DNA of 64,000 bases from an uncultured Bacilli bacterium (GTDB lineage Bacteria > Bacillota_I > Bacilli_A > RF39 > UBA660), in NCBI GenBank assembly GCA_944329425.1, contig CALVIG010000002.1:593-64592 (forward strand), in the 5' to 3' direction. Below, one piece after another: positions 1 through 8,440 of the stretch (positions within the stretch are counted from its first letter, which is position 1; every line of letters begins with the position of its first letter). Position numbers and translations under genes: made by a program. The notes beneath the pieces were generated by a model. It did not search any database. It was not told the origin of the DNA and saw only the letters and a list, made by a program, of their open reading frames with translations.

Positions 1-117
1 TACTTATCATTCTAAGTTTTTTGTTTTTTTCATCAAGTATTTTTAATTTTTTAAACATAGTACCACTCCAAACTACTAGATATTCTATCATAAAAAAAAA
101 GGAAAGTAAAACTTTCC

Positions 118-294
118 TTAATCTCTGCCAAACCATCTTGCTCCAATAACTATTACTAACAAGATGAATAGTACTAGGATAATAGCAGAACCGTATCCTG
201 CACCTTGATTATATCCATAATATGGGTATCCATATCCTCCTCCACAGCATGGAGAATTATATCCATAGCCACCTTGGTAACCATAATAATACAT
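118..294 (-). CDS. YjcZ-like small Gly/Tyr/Cys-rich protein (58 aa) with C-terminal hydrophobic helix
   Basis: Minus-strand ORF MYYYGYQGGYGYNSPCCGGGYGYPYYGYNQGAGYGSAIILVLFILLVIVIGARWFGRD. An AAGGAGGAA SD lies 9 nt upstream of the ATG, and a hairpin plus T-run follows the stop (plus-strand 91-118). Composition and architecture resemble the Bacillus YjcZ sporulation-protein family. It is absent from the ORF track because it is under 60 aa. Confidence 0.45.
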   Translation of the reverse strand: MYYYGYQGGYGYNSPCCGGGYGYPYYGYNQGAGYGSAIILVLFILLVIVIGARWFGRD

Positions 295-419
295 ATTAAT
301 ATTCCTCCTTTGATATTATCTACTATAGTTTATTATAAACGTAAATAATGTGTTATATAAAATACCTATATATAAAAAAAATTAAAAATGTGTTATTATA
401 TTTATGTTAAGGTGATAAT

Positions 420-1562
420 ATGAGAAAAGTATTAAATAAAATGGATAAACCTTTATTAATCGTAACCATTATATGTTTGATTTTTGGACTGTTAATGGTA
501 GGTAGTGCTTCATCTTTAAAAGCATACATGTCAAAAGGGGATAGCTATTACTATTTTAAAAGACAATTATTATTTATAGGATTAGGATTATTTGCTGCTT
601 ATATTATAATTAGGACACCGATAAAAAAATGGAAGAACCTGATTTATTTAGCGGTTCTTGGTGTTATTGGTGCATTAGTATATGTGTTAATAAGTGAAAA
701 AGTAATGAATGGTATAAGTGGATGGCTTTTCATTGGAGGATTTGGTATTCAGCCAAGTGAGTTTGCAAAAACGGTACTAATTTTGTTTTTTGCCCTTACT
801 TTTGAAAAAATGATGAAAGTAAAATCTTTAAGTAATGTATCTAAAGCTCTTCCTTTTGTTGTGCCTTTAGTTTTTGTGTTTTTAATATTTGAACAACCAG
901 ATTTTGGTACGATGATGATTTTAGCGGGGATTACGGTGGTTATATTTTTGATTGTACCGTATGATAAGAAAACGAAGTTTATCATGACTACTTTCACCAT
1001 TATATCAGTTCTTGTTTTATCACTCGTATTAGTATTAACTGGTAAGGGATTAAGTAGTAGTCAAATGAGTCGTTTTAATTATAAAGATCCGTGTACAAGG
1101 TATCGTGAAAAAACGGGGTATCAAGTGTGTAACGGGTACATAGCAATTAATAGCGGTGGTTTATTTGGCAGTGGTTATGGTAACAGTAAACAAAAATATT
1201 TATATTTGCCGGAAGCTCATACTGACTTTATTTTTGCAATAATAATAGAGGAAATGGGTTTGATAGTAGGTATTTTAATAATTCTTGCGTATTTCATAGT
1301 TATATGGAGAATAATTTTAATAGGAAGAAAATCATATAATTTACAAGGAACCATAATTTGTTATGGGGTTGCTTCTTATATAGCTCTTCACGTTATCGTA
1401 AATTTAGGCGGGGTTTTAGGCGTTATACCACTTACTGGTGTTCCTCTTCCTTTTTATTCGTATGGTGGTTCTTTTATGATAAATTTACTTATATGTTTAG
1501 GTTTGGTTCAAAGGACTTCAATAGAAAACAAAATTTTCGAACAAAAACATTTGGTTAGGTAA
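420..1562 (+). CDS. SEDS-family peptidoglycan glycosyltransferase (FtsW/RodA/SpoVE)
   Basis: 380 aa, about 10 TM segments, conserved SEDS motifs, and typical length. It is not located in a dcw cluster. Confidence 0.85.
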   Translation: MRKVLNKMDKPLLIVTIICLIFGLLMVGSASSLKAYMSKGDSYYYFKRQLLFIGLGLFAAYIIIRTPIKKWKNLIYLAVLGVIGALVYVLISEKVMNGISGWLFIGGFGIQPSEFAKTVLILFFALTFEKMMKVKSLSNVSKALPFVVPLVFVFLIFEQPDFGTMMILAGITVVIFLIVPYDKKTKFIMTTFTIISVLVLSLVLVLTGKGLSSSQMSRFNYKDPCTRYREKTGYQVCNGYIAINSGGLFGSGYGNSKQKYLYLPEAHTDFIFAIIIEEMGLIVGILIILAYFIVIWRIILIGRKSYNLQGTIICYGVASYIALHVIVNLGGVLGVIPLTGVPLPFYSYGGSFMINLLICLGLVQRTSIENKIFEQKHLVR

Positions 1563-1637
1563 AGTAGGCTTAAGCCTGCTTTTTATTTTGAGTGTTTTTT
1601 AATTATACGTTTAATAATAAAATTGAAAGGAGGAAAA

Positions 1638-2342
1638 ATGAGATATTTAAAAATGTACTGGAAACAAATTGCGTCTTTTTCAGTAATAGGACTGATTTTA
1701 ATTTTAGGAGGTTATCTTTATTATGATAATAACAGTATTTCAACTTCTAGTGTTAAAAAACTATCGGTAGATAAAAAACAAGATATAAAAGATGATTTAT
1801 CTACGGTATTTGTTGATGTTAAAGGAGCGGTAAATAGTCCGGGAGTTTATGAATTAGACGAAGGTAAAAGGGTAATAGATGCCATTAATTTAGCAGGTGG
1901 TTTAACTGATAAAGCGGATACCATTAACATAAATTTAAGTAAAAAGTTAACGGATGAAATGTATGTAATAATATACACTAAAGACGAGATATATAATTAC
2001 AAGCAAAATAATGAAAGTGTTAATGACATAAAATGTGCTTCGATGGAATGTGTTTGTCCAGATGTTTCTAACGACGCTTGCATTAATAGTGCTAGTACTG
2101 GTAATTCTTCATCATCAAGTGAAGATGGTAACAAAGTAACTGATGATGATTCTAAAGTATCGATAAATAGCGCTACTAAAGAAGAATTGATGAAGCTTGA
2201 GGGTATAGGTGAAGTTAAAGCGGAAGCCATTATAAAATATAGACAAGAAAATGGTTCGTTTAAAAGCGTTGAAGAATTAAAAAACGTATCCGGTATAGGA
2301 GATGCTGTTTATGACAAAATAAAAGATAATATAATTGTTTAA
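1638..2342 (+). CDS. comEA: Competence protein ComEA (SLBB + tandem helix-hairpin-helix DNA-binding domain, N-terminal TM anchor)
   Basis: Track ORF 1623-2342. I prefer ATG at codon 6, which has an AAAGGAGG SD upstream. SLBB-like segment VFVDVKGAVNSPGVYEL. C-terminal HhH pair EELMKLEGIGEVKAEAII...VSGIGDAVYDKI. comEC follows immediately. Confidence 0.8.
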   Translation: MRYLKMYWKQIASFSVIGLILILGGYLYYDNNSISTSSVKKLSVDKKQDIKDDLSTVFVDVKGAVNSPGVYELDEGKRVIDAINLAGGLTDKADTININLSKKLTDEMYVIIYTKDEIYNYKQNNESVNDIKCASMECVCPDVSNDACINSASTGNSSSSSEDGNKVTDDDSKVSINSATKEELMKLEGIGEVKAEAIIKYRQENGSFKSVEELKNVSGIGDAVYDKIKDNIIV

Positions 2343-4348
2343 TGAATAAAAAATTAAATATAGTATTGTTTTTATTTTGTTTAATTTCTTTGATTAGAAC
2401 TACTATTATAATTATAAATGATAAAAATTTTTACTTAGAAGAGCAAAAGAGTATCGTTGGTGTTATAACTAACATAACAAAAGATGATGATAAAGTAGTT
2501 ATTGATGTAAAGCAAAAAGATAAATATAGAATAACTAAATATGAAAATATAAACTTTGAATTAGGGGATAGAGTAAGGGTAAAAGGAGTTTTTTCTACCC
2601 CAACAAATAATACCGTTTTTAATCTTTTTAATTACCGAAAATATCTTTTATCTAAAAACATAACCATGGTAAGTTATGATGCTAATTTGAATTTAATTTC
2701 TAAAAATAATAACGTTTTATACCGTTTAAAAAATAGTGTCATTAACCACGTGGAAAAGTACGAGTCATCAAATTATTTAAAAGCTTTTATTTTGGCAGAT
2801 ACTTCAGAGATAAGTAATGATGTAAAAGAAAGTTATAATATGATTGGTATAAGTCATCTTTTAGCTATATCAGGGATGCACGTGGGAGTTTTTTTATATA
2901 TTTTAAATTTATTTTTAAAAAAATATAAATTTAAAAACGTAGTAATTATTTTGTTTTTATTATTTTTTCTTTTTTTAACAGGTTTTCCTGAATCCTTATT
3001 GAGATGTGTTACTTTCTTTATTTTAAGTTTAATAAACAAAAAGTTTAAACTTAATGTAAGTGACATTAAATTAATTATTTTTTGTTGTTGTTTATTACTT
3101 TTATTAAACCCATATTTAGTATATAGCGTAGGATTTTTATTTTCTTTTACCATTACCTTTTTTATATTATTAGCTAGACCTTACCTAAAACATAAAAACT
3201 ATTTTAAAAAAATATTTTTTATGTCTTTAATTTGTTTTTTTGCATCACTCCCCATATTAGCAAATTATTTTTTTAAGATTAATTTTTTATCTCCTTTTTT
3301 AAACGTTTTTTTCATTCCTTTAGTTTCTATTATTGTTTTTCCGTTTAGCCTAATAACTTTTTTTATTCCTTTTTTAGATGGATTTTATGTAACAATAATA
3401 AAGTTTTTTGAATTTATTTGCGGACTTATAAGTAAAATAGACGTGTTATCTTTTTCAATTGCTAAACCAAACGTAGTAATGATATTGATTTACTATGTAT
3501 CATTATATTTAACGATTAAGGTTAATAAAAAGTGGATTGTTTTATTTTTAATGATTTTGATTATTAATTTAAATATGAGGTTTTTAATTATTAATCCATC
3601 ACTTACCTTTATAGATGTTGGTCAAGGCGATAGCACTATTATTATATTACCAGGGGGAAAAACGATTTTAATTGATACTGGTGGTAAATATATGAGTAAT
3701 TATTCTATAGCAAAAAATAAAATCATACCATATTTGAATTCCGTTGGAATAAATAAAATAAATGCTTTAGTTTTAACGCACGGAGATTACGACCATATGG
3801 GGGAAGCGGTTAACTTAATTAATAATATTAAGGTAGAAAAGGTAATACTAAATAATGATGAATATAATGATTTGGAATTAAATTTAATTAAACAATTAGA
3901 TAAGAAGCATATTCCTTACTATAAAGAAGTTAGTAAATTAAATATAGGTGAAAACAAATTATATTTTTTAAATGATAAAATACATGATGATGAAAATGAT
4001 AACTCAATTGTTGCTTACTTACAATTAAAAGATGTGAAAATATTGCTGATGGGTGATGCGGGGTTAAAGGTAGAAGAGGAAATTTTAAAAAAATATAATG
4101 TTAAAGATGTTGATGTTTTAAAAGTTGGCCATCATGGTAGTAAAACAAGTTCTGGTAAAACGTTTATAAATAACGTTAATCCTAAGTATGGAATAATATC
4201 GGTAGGTAAAAATAATAGATATGGTCATCCAAATAAAGAAGCATTAGATAATTTAAAAAACAGCACTATTTATAGAACTGATATAGATGGAAGTATTATA
4301 TTTAAAATTAAATATAAAAAAATAAAAATACATACGTGTCCGCCTTAA
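2342..4348 (+). CDS. comEC: DNA internalization competence protein ComEC/Rec2 (competence domain + metallo-beta-lactamase domain)
   Basis: 668 aa, polytopic N-terminal half, C-terminal MBL motif VLTHGDYDHMGE / HHGS. Start overlaps the comEA stop (TAATG). Confidence 0.85.
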   Translation: MNKKLNIVLFLFCLISLIRTTIIIINDKNFYLEEQKSIVGVITNITKDDDKVVIDVKQKDKYRITKYENINFELGDRVRVKGVFSTPTNNTVFNLFNYRKYLLSKNITMVSYDANLNLISKNNNVLYRLKNSVINHVEKYESSNYLKAFILADTSEISNDVKESYNMIGISHLLAISGMHVGVFLYILNLFLKKYKFKNVVIILFLLFFLFLTGFPESLLRCVTFFILSLINKKFKLNVSDIKLIIFCCCLLLLLNPYLVYSVGFLFSFTITFFILLARPYLKHKNYFKKIFFMSLICFFASLPILANYFFKINFLSPFLNVFFIPLVSIIVFPFSLITFFIPFLDGFYVTIIKFFEFICGLISKIDVLSFSIAKPNVVMILIYYVSLYLTIKVNKKWIVLFLMILIINLNMRFLIINPSLTFIDVGQGDSTIIILPGGKTILIDTGGKYMSNYSIAKNKIIPYLNSVGINKINALVLTHGDYDHMGEAVNLINNIKVEKVILNNDEYNDLELNLIKQLDKKHIPYYKEVSKLNIGENKLYFLNDKIHDDENDNSIVAYLQLKDVKILLMGDAGLKVEEEILKKYNVKDVDVLKVGHHGSKTSSGKTFINNVNPKYGIISVGKNNRYGHPNKEALDNLKNSTIYRTDIDGSIIFKIKYKKIKIHTCPP

Positions 4349-4619
4349 AACAACTATTATAAGTATTTAAAAATTAATGAGTATATTTTTTAAAATTGGT
4401 TATATTAAAAGTATGGATTTATAATAATATTATTTTGTCCAAACTTTCTTATTTAAAAATTTAATACGTAAATATTAAATTCTAATTTAAGAAAAATATG
4501 GTTAACAAATTTAATTACAAACCATATATTATTGTAGAACGCTGATGCATGATAAGGCGTTTTTAGATAGATTGGGAAACTAAAAAAAGAGAAACTTTAG
4601 TCTCCCTTTTTTATTAATT

Positions 4620-5231
4620 TTAAAATTTTCTGTATAATCCAATTGCTTTGCCTAAAATAACGCAATTTGGTAATATGATAGGTGACATTGTATCATTTTC
4701 TGGTTGCAACCTTATATGCGTTGGCTCCTTATAAAACGTTTTAAGGGTAACTTCGTTATCTAACGTCATTGCTACTACTATATCACCATTGCGTGCAACG
4801 TTTTGCCTTTGAACAATTACTATATCACCATCATATATTCCGGCATTTACCATGCTTTCTCCACTTACTTTTAAAGTGAATACTTCTTCTTTACTTGGAA
4901 TTAAATAAGCTGGTAAACTAAAAAATTCATTAGGTGTTTCAATGGCCTCTATCGGAGAACCCGCGGTTATTTTCCCAAGAAGTGGAACTTCAACTACGTC
5001 TTCGTTTAAATACTCGTTATTACCAACTATTTCTAAAGATCTGTATTTAGAATTGGTTTTTTTTATATAACCTTTATTTTCTAATGCGTTTATGTGAGAC
5101 TGAATGGTTGCGGGTGAATTAAGCCCAAGAGCACTACCTATTTCTCTTACTGCAGGTGGATATCCGTGCTTTGCAATGTAACTTTTTATGTAATCCAAAA
5201 CATCTTGTTGACGGTTTGTTAGTTTTTCCAT
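4620..5231 (-). CDS. lexA: LexA repressor
   Basis: 203 aa. N-terminal wHTH (RQQDVLDYI...GYPPAVREIG). C-terminal S24 peptidase with Ala-Gly cleavage site and Ser/Lys dyad (GESM...KTFYKE). GGAGG SD. Confidence 0.9.
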   Translation of the reverse strand: MEKLTNRQQDVLDYIKSYIAKHGYPPAVREIGSALGLNSPATIQSHINALENKGYIKKTNSKYRSLEIVGNNEYLNEDVVEVPLLGKITAGSPIEAIETPNEFFSLPAYLIPSKEEVFTLKVSGESMVNAGIYDGDIVIVQRQNVARNGDIVVAMTLDNEVTLKTFYKEPTHIRLQPENDTMSPIILPNCVILGKAIGLYRKF

Positions 5232-5283
5232 AAGTCCTCCTTTTTATTACAATTTAATAATAACACAGTTACTTTACATTGTC

Positions 5284-5334
5284 AAACAAATGTTCTATTA
5301 GATTATTGACACGTACATTTGTTCGTGATAAAAT
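5284..5334. promoter_or_regulatory. Two Cheo/SOS (LexA) boxes plus a consensus sigma-A promoter in the lexA divergent intergenic region
   Basis: AAACAAATGTTC (about 5284-5295) and CGTACATTTGTTCG (about 5312-5325) match the Bacillus LexA box CGAAC-N4-GTTCG with one mismatch each. The second box fills the 17-nt spacer of TTGACA (5306-5311) ... TAAAAT (5329-5334), which points rightwards. Confidence 0.6.
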
Positions 5335-5368
5335 TTAATTGTAAAAAAGCTAAATAAAAGGAGTGATT

Positions 5369-5515
5369 ATGATGAGATTATTAAAAGATTATAAAGGAGT
5401 AGCATTGATTTATATCATTCTTACAGTAGTAAATATTATATGGATAGTTGGTTATGAAAAACCAATCGAAAAGGCTCAGGTTGGAAACGAAAGAAACGTT
5501 GTTATAAATGCTTGA
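5369..5515 (+). CDS. LexA-regulated 48-aa single-pass membrane mini-protein (candidate SOS cell-division inhibitor, YneA/SosA-like role)
   Basis: MMRLLKDYKGVALIYIILTVVNIIWIVGYEKPIEKAQVGNERNVVINA. AAAGGAG SD 7 nt upstream. Sits directly downstream of the SOS-box promoter, divergent from lexA and upstream of tkt, exactly where yneA sits in B. subtilis. Not in the ORF track (<60 aa). Confidence 0.5.
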   Translation: MMRLLKDYKGVALIYIILTVVNIIWIVGYEKPIEKAQVGNERNVVINA

Positions 5516-5578
5516 TATTTTATTGATAAATATCTTTTTTTGTCTTATAATTACTTTATAAGAATAGGAAGGTTTTAT

Positions 5579-7531
5579 ATGAATGATGAAAAAGTTATAA
5601 GTGCTATTAAAGCACTTTCTATCGCAGAAATTTCTAAAGCAAAAAGTGGTCATCCTGGCATTGCTTTGGGAGCTGCTCCATTATTATACACTTTATATTG
5701 TAAGCACATGAATGTAGACGTAACCGATGATAAATGGATAAACAGGGATAAGTTCGTGTTATCAGCAGGACATGGTTCGGCGCTTTTATATGCGGTTTTG
5801 TACATGACCGGTTTTGATATTAGCATAAAGGATTTGAAGGACTTTAGACAGATTGATTCAAAAACACCTGGACATCCAGAAGTAAACGTAACTCCTGGAG
5901 TTGACATTTCAACAGGGCCTTTAGGTCAAGGTATAGCTACCGCGGTTGGAATGGCTGCATCACAAAAATATTTATCCAAAAAATTTAACGGGTTATTAGA
6001 TTATAATGTTTATGTTTTGTGTGGTGAAGGCGATTTGATGGAGGGAATAAGTTATGAGGCTTGTTCTTTAGCGGGAACATTAAAATTAGGTAACTTAATA
6101 GTTTTATATGACTCTAATAAAGTGACTTTAGATGGTAATGCTAACCAAAGTTTTAACGAAGATGTTTTAACGCGTTTTGATGCAATGGGATGGCATACTG
6201 ACGTGGTTTTGGATGGTGATAATTCAACCTTAATTGACATGGTTATTAGTAAGGCAAAGCGTATTACGGATAAGCCTTCGTTTATAGAGGTTAAAACAAC
6301 GATTGGAAAGGGATCAATTTTAGAAGGTACAAATAAAGTTCATGGGTCTTTTTTAACCAAGGAGGATATAAGACAATTAAAAGTTAAGCTTAACATAGAT
6401 ACTGATTTATTTAAAAACATAACAAGCTTAAGGCATGATTTAGCTAACTTTGTTAGAATAAGGGTCAACCATGAAAAGAAAAGATGGGAATCAAAATATA
6501 AGGCATACTTAAATTCTTGTGATGTAGACACAAAAAGATTTTTAGAATCTTTAAGGGAAGATAAAAGGTATGATATAACACGATTATTTAAAGACGTAAT
6601 GTTTGATGATGATGAACTAAGAAACGTAAACGGAAAAATAATGAATGTTATAGCTGATAATTATCCTGCGTTTTTAGGAGGAGCAGCGGATGTTTCTTCC
6701 TCTACAAAAACTTACTTGAAGAATTTTAGTGATTTTAATTCTGATAATTATTCTGGTAAAAATATCTGGTTTGGAGTAAGAGAACATGCTATGGGAGCTT
6801 TTATTAATGGTATGGCTTTGTCCGGGTTAAGACCGTTTGCTTCTACTTTCTTAGCTTTTAGTGATTATCTTAAACCTTCTATTAGAATGGCTAGTTTAAT
6901 GAACGTTCCTTCTGTTTTTGTATTTACTCATGATACTATTATGATTGGAGAAGATGGTCCTACCCATCAACCAGTAGAGCAACTTGCGATGTTAAGAAGT
7001 ATTCCTAATCATTACGTTTATAGACCTTGCGATGCTAACGAAATAATTGGTTCATGGCAAACTATTTTAAACAATGATAAACCATCTTCTATAATAATAT
7101 CTAGAAGTAAGTGTAAGAATTTATCTGTAACGGATGCTTTAAGCGTAAAGAAAGGTGCTTATATCGTAAGAAAAGAAAAGAGAAAGTTATTTGCAATTAT
7201 TATAGCAACTGGTTCAGAAGTTGCGTTAGCTATTGATATTGCGGAAAAATTATCTAAAAAAGGAATGGAAATAAGGGTAGTATCAATGCCTTGTATGGAA
7301 TTGTTCGAGGAGCAATCAAGTAGCTATAAAGAAGAAATACTTCCAATAGGTTATAAAACTTTTGTAATAGAAAGAGCCTCTAAATTTGGTTGGCACAAAT
7401 ACGTTTATAACGATAAATACATAATGGGTACGGATGAATTTGGTTATTCTGGAAAACCTAATGATGTTTTAGAGAAAATGAGATTAGATGATGATAGTAT
7501 TTTAAAAAAGATTGAAAAATTACTTAAATAA
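5579..7531 (+). CDS. tkt: Transketolase
   Basis: Track ORF 5540-7531. Start moved to the internal ATG (MNDEKVISAIKALS), which has a GGAAGG SD. TPP-binding motifs present. Same position relative to lexA as in B. subtilis. Confidence 0.9.
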   Translation: MNDEKVISAIKALSIAEISKAKSGHPGIALGAAPLLYTLYCKHMNVDVTDDKWINRDKFVLSAGHGSALLYAVLYMTGFDISIKDLKDFRQIDSKTPGHPEVNVTPGVDISTGPLGQGIATAVGMAASQKYLSKKFNGLLDYNVYVLCGEGDLMEGISYEACSLAGTLKLGNLIVLYDSNKVTLDGNANQSFNEDVLTRFDAMGWHTDVVLDGDNSTLIDMVISKAKRITDKPSFIEVKTTIGKGSILEGTNKVHGSFLTKEDIRQLKVKLNIDTDLFKNITSLRHDLANFVRIRVNHEKKRWESKYKAYLNSCDVDTKRFLESLREDKRYDITRLFKDVMFDDDELRNVNGKIMNVIADNYPAFLGGAADVSSSTKTYLKNFSDFNSDNYSGKNIWFGVREHAMGAFINGMALSGLRPFASTFLAFSDYLKPSIRMASLMNVPSVFVFTHDTIMIGEDGPTHQPVEQLAMLRSIPNHYVYRPCDANEIIGSWQTILNNDKPSSIIISRSKCKNLSVTDALSVKKGAYIVRKEKRKLFAIIIATGSEVALAIDIAEKLSKKGMEIRVVSMPCMELFEEQSSSYKEEILPIGYKTFVIERASKFGWHKYVYNDKYIMGTDEFGYSGKPNDVLEKMRLDDDSILKKIEKLLK

Positions 7532-7543
7532 CGGTTTAATTCG

Positions 7544-7590
7544 ACACCTTTTTTATAGAAAAAATATTATTCTATAAAAGAGGTGTTTTG
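7544..7590 (+). terminator. Rho-independent terminator after tkt
   Basis: Long hairpin ACACCTTTTTTATAGAA...TTCTATAAAAGAGGTGT followed by a T-run. Confidence 0.5.
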
Positions 7591-7592
7591 TT

Positions 7593-8015
7593 ATGAGAGT
7601 ATATTACTTATTTAAAATTAATGATTCTTTTTCTAAGTTGTATCACAGCAAGACTTATTATTTATATAAGATATTAGAGCAGATTTCTGAATCCAGCAAA
7701 AATGATTTTATAATTTCATACAGGTTGTTTGAACAATTAGCGGTTGCATTTAATAAAGCCGAAGTAAATGGTAACATATATAAGCATTATTCTTCTAGTG
7801 AATATTACCGAAAAACGCTTAATAAGCACGTGTTAGATGATGGGGTGGAAAAAACAAAACTTACCGTTTATAACACTTACGTTAAGATTAGAACTAACAA
7901 AAATATAACGGAATTTTTTAAGATACTAGAAAAAGAAAAAAACGTTTTTGTTTGTGATTTTAATAATAAAGATTATTTTTGGCTTAGTAAAGTAACGTCA
8001 AAAAGTCTTGTATAA
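7593..8015 (+). CDS. sirA: Sporulation inhibitor of replication SirA (YneE) homologue
   Basis: 140 aa. N-terminus [11 protein letters not shown] and C-terminus [14 protein letters not shown] resemble B. subtilis SirA (MERHYYTYLIKEE ... MDFNSKRYGWLNPV). Located right after tkt as in B. subtilis. Confidence 0.6.
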   Translation: MRVYYLFKINDSFSKLYHSKTYYLYKILEQISESSKNDFIISYRLFEQLAVAFNKAEVNGNIYKHYSSSEYYRKTLNKHVLDDGVEKTKLTVYNTYVKIRTNKNITEFFKILEKEKNVFVCDFNNKDYFWLSKVTSKSLV

Positions 8016-8061
8016 AACTAAAAAACATAGTAGAATTATATTAGAAAGGATGATGAATGGT

Positions 8062-8271
8062 ATGTGGGCAAACATTTTATGGTGTTTAATTGGCCTTGTT
8101 GTTGGCGCTATCGTTGGTTTCTTATTAGCTAGGAAATTTATGAAAAAGTATTTAAAGGAAAATCCTCCTATAAATGAAAAAATGATAAAAATAATGATGC
8201 AACAAATGGGAAGGACTCCTAGTCAAAAACAAATAAACCAAATGATGAAAGCAATGAACAAAGTTCAATAG
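8062..8271 (+). CDS. yneF: UPF0154 membrane protein YneF homologue
   Basis: Start chosen at the 3rd in-frame ATG of track ORF 8008-8271 (GAAAGGA SD). [65 protein letters not shown] is near-collinear with B. subtilis YneF. Confidence 0.75.
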   Translation: MWANILWCLIGLVVGAIVGFLLARKFMKKYLKENPPINEKMIKIMMQQMGRTPSQKQINQMMKAMNKVQ

Positions 8272-8440
8272 TTCATTGCTTTGTTTTTTAAATATAAAGT
8301 ATAAGTATGAAAATTTTAATGACAATTAAAAGAAAAACAAAATTCAAACGTGTGTTAAAAAGTGTAAATAATTTTGCACTTTTTTAAGTTGTTATGTTAT
8401 AATGCTTTATAGGTTAAGAAGATAAGGAGATGGTTTTGTT

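Noticed and set aside
1-60. Tiny minus-strand ORF (MKKTKNLE) at the window edge.
   Set aside because: Only 8 codons before a stop. It is probably chance or the truncated edge of an upstream feature.
5381-5653. 90-aa minus-strand ORF across the lexA/tkt intergenic region.
   Set aside because: It overlaps the SOS-box promoter, the SD-preceded plus-strand mini-ORF and the 5' end of tkt. It has an Ile/Asn/Phe-rich composition and no SD.
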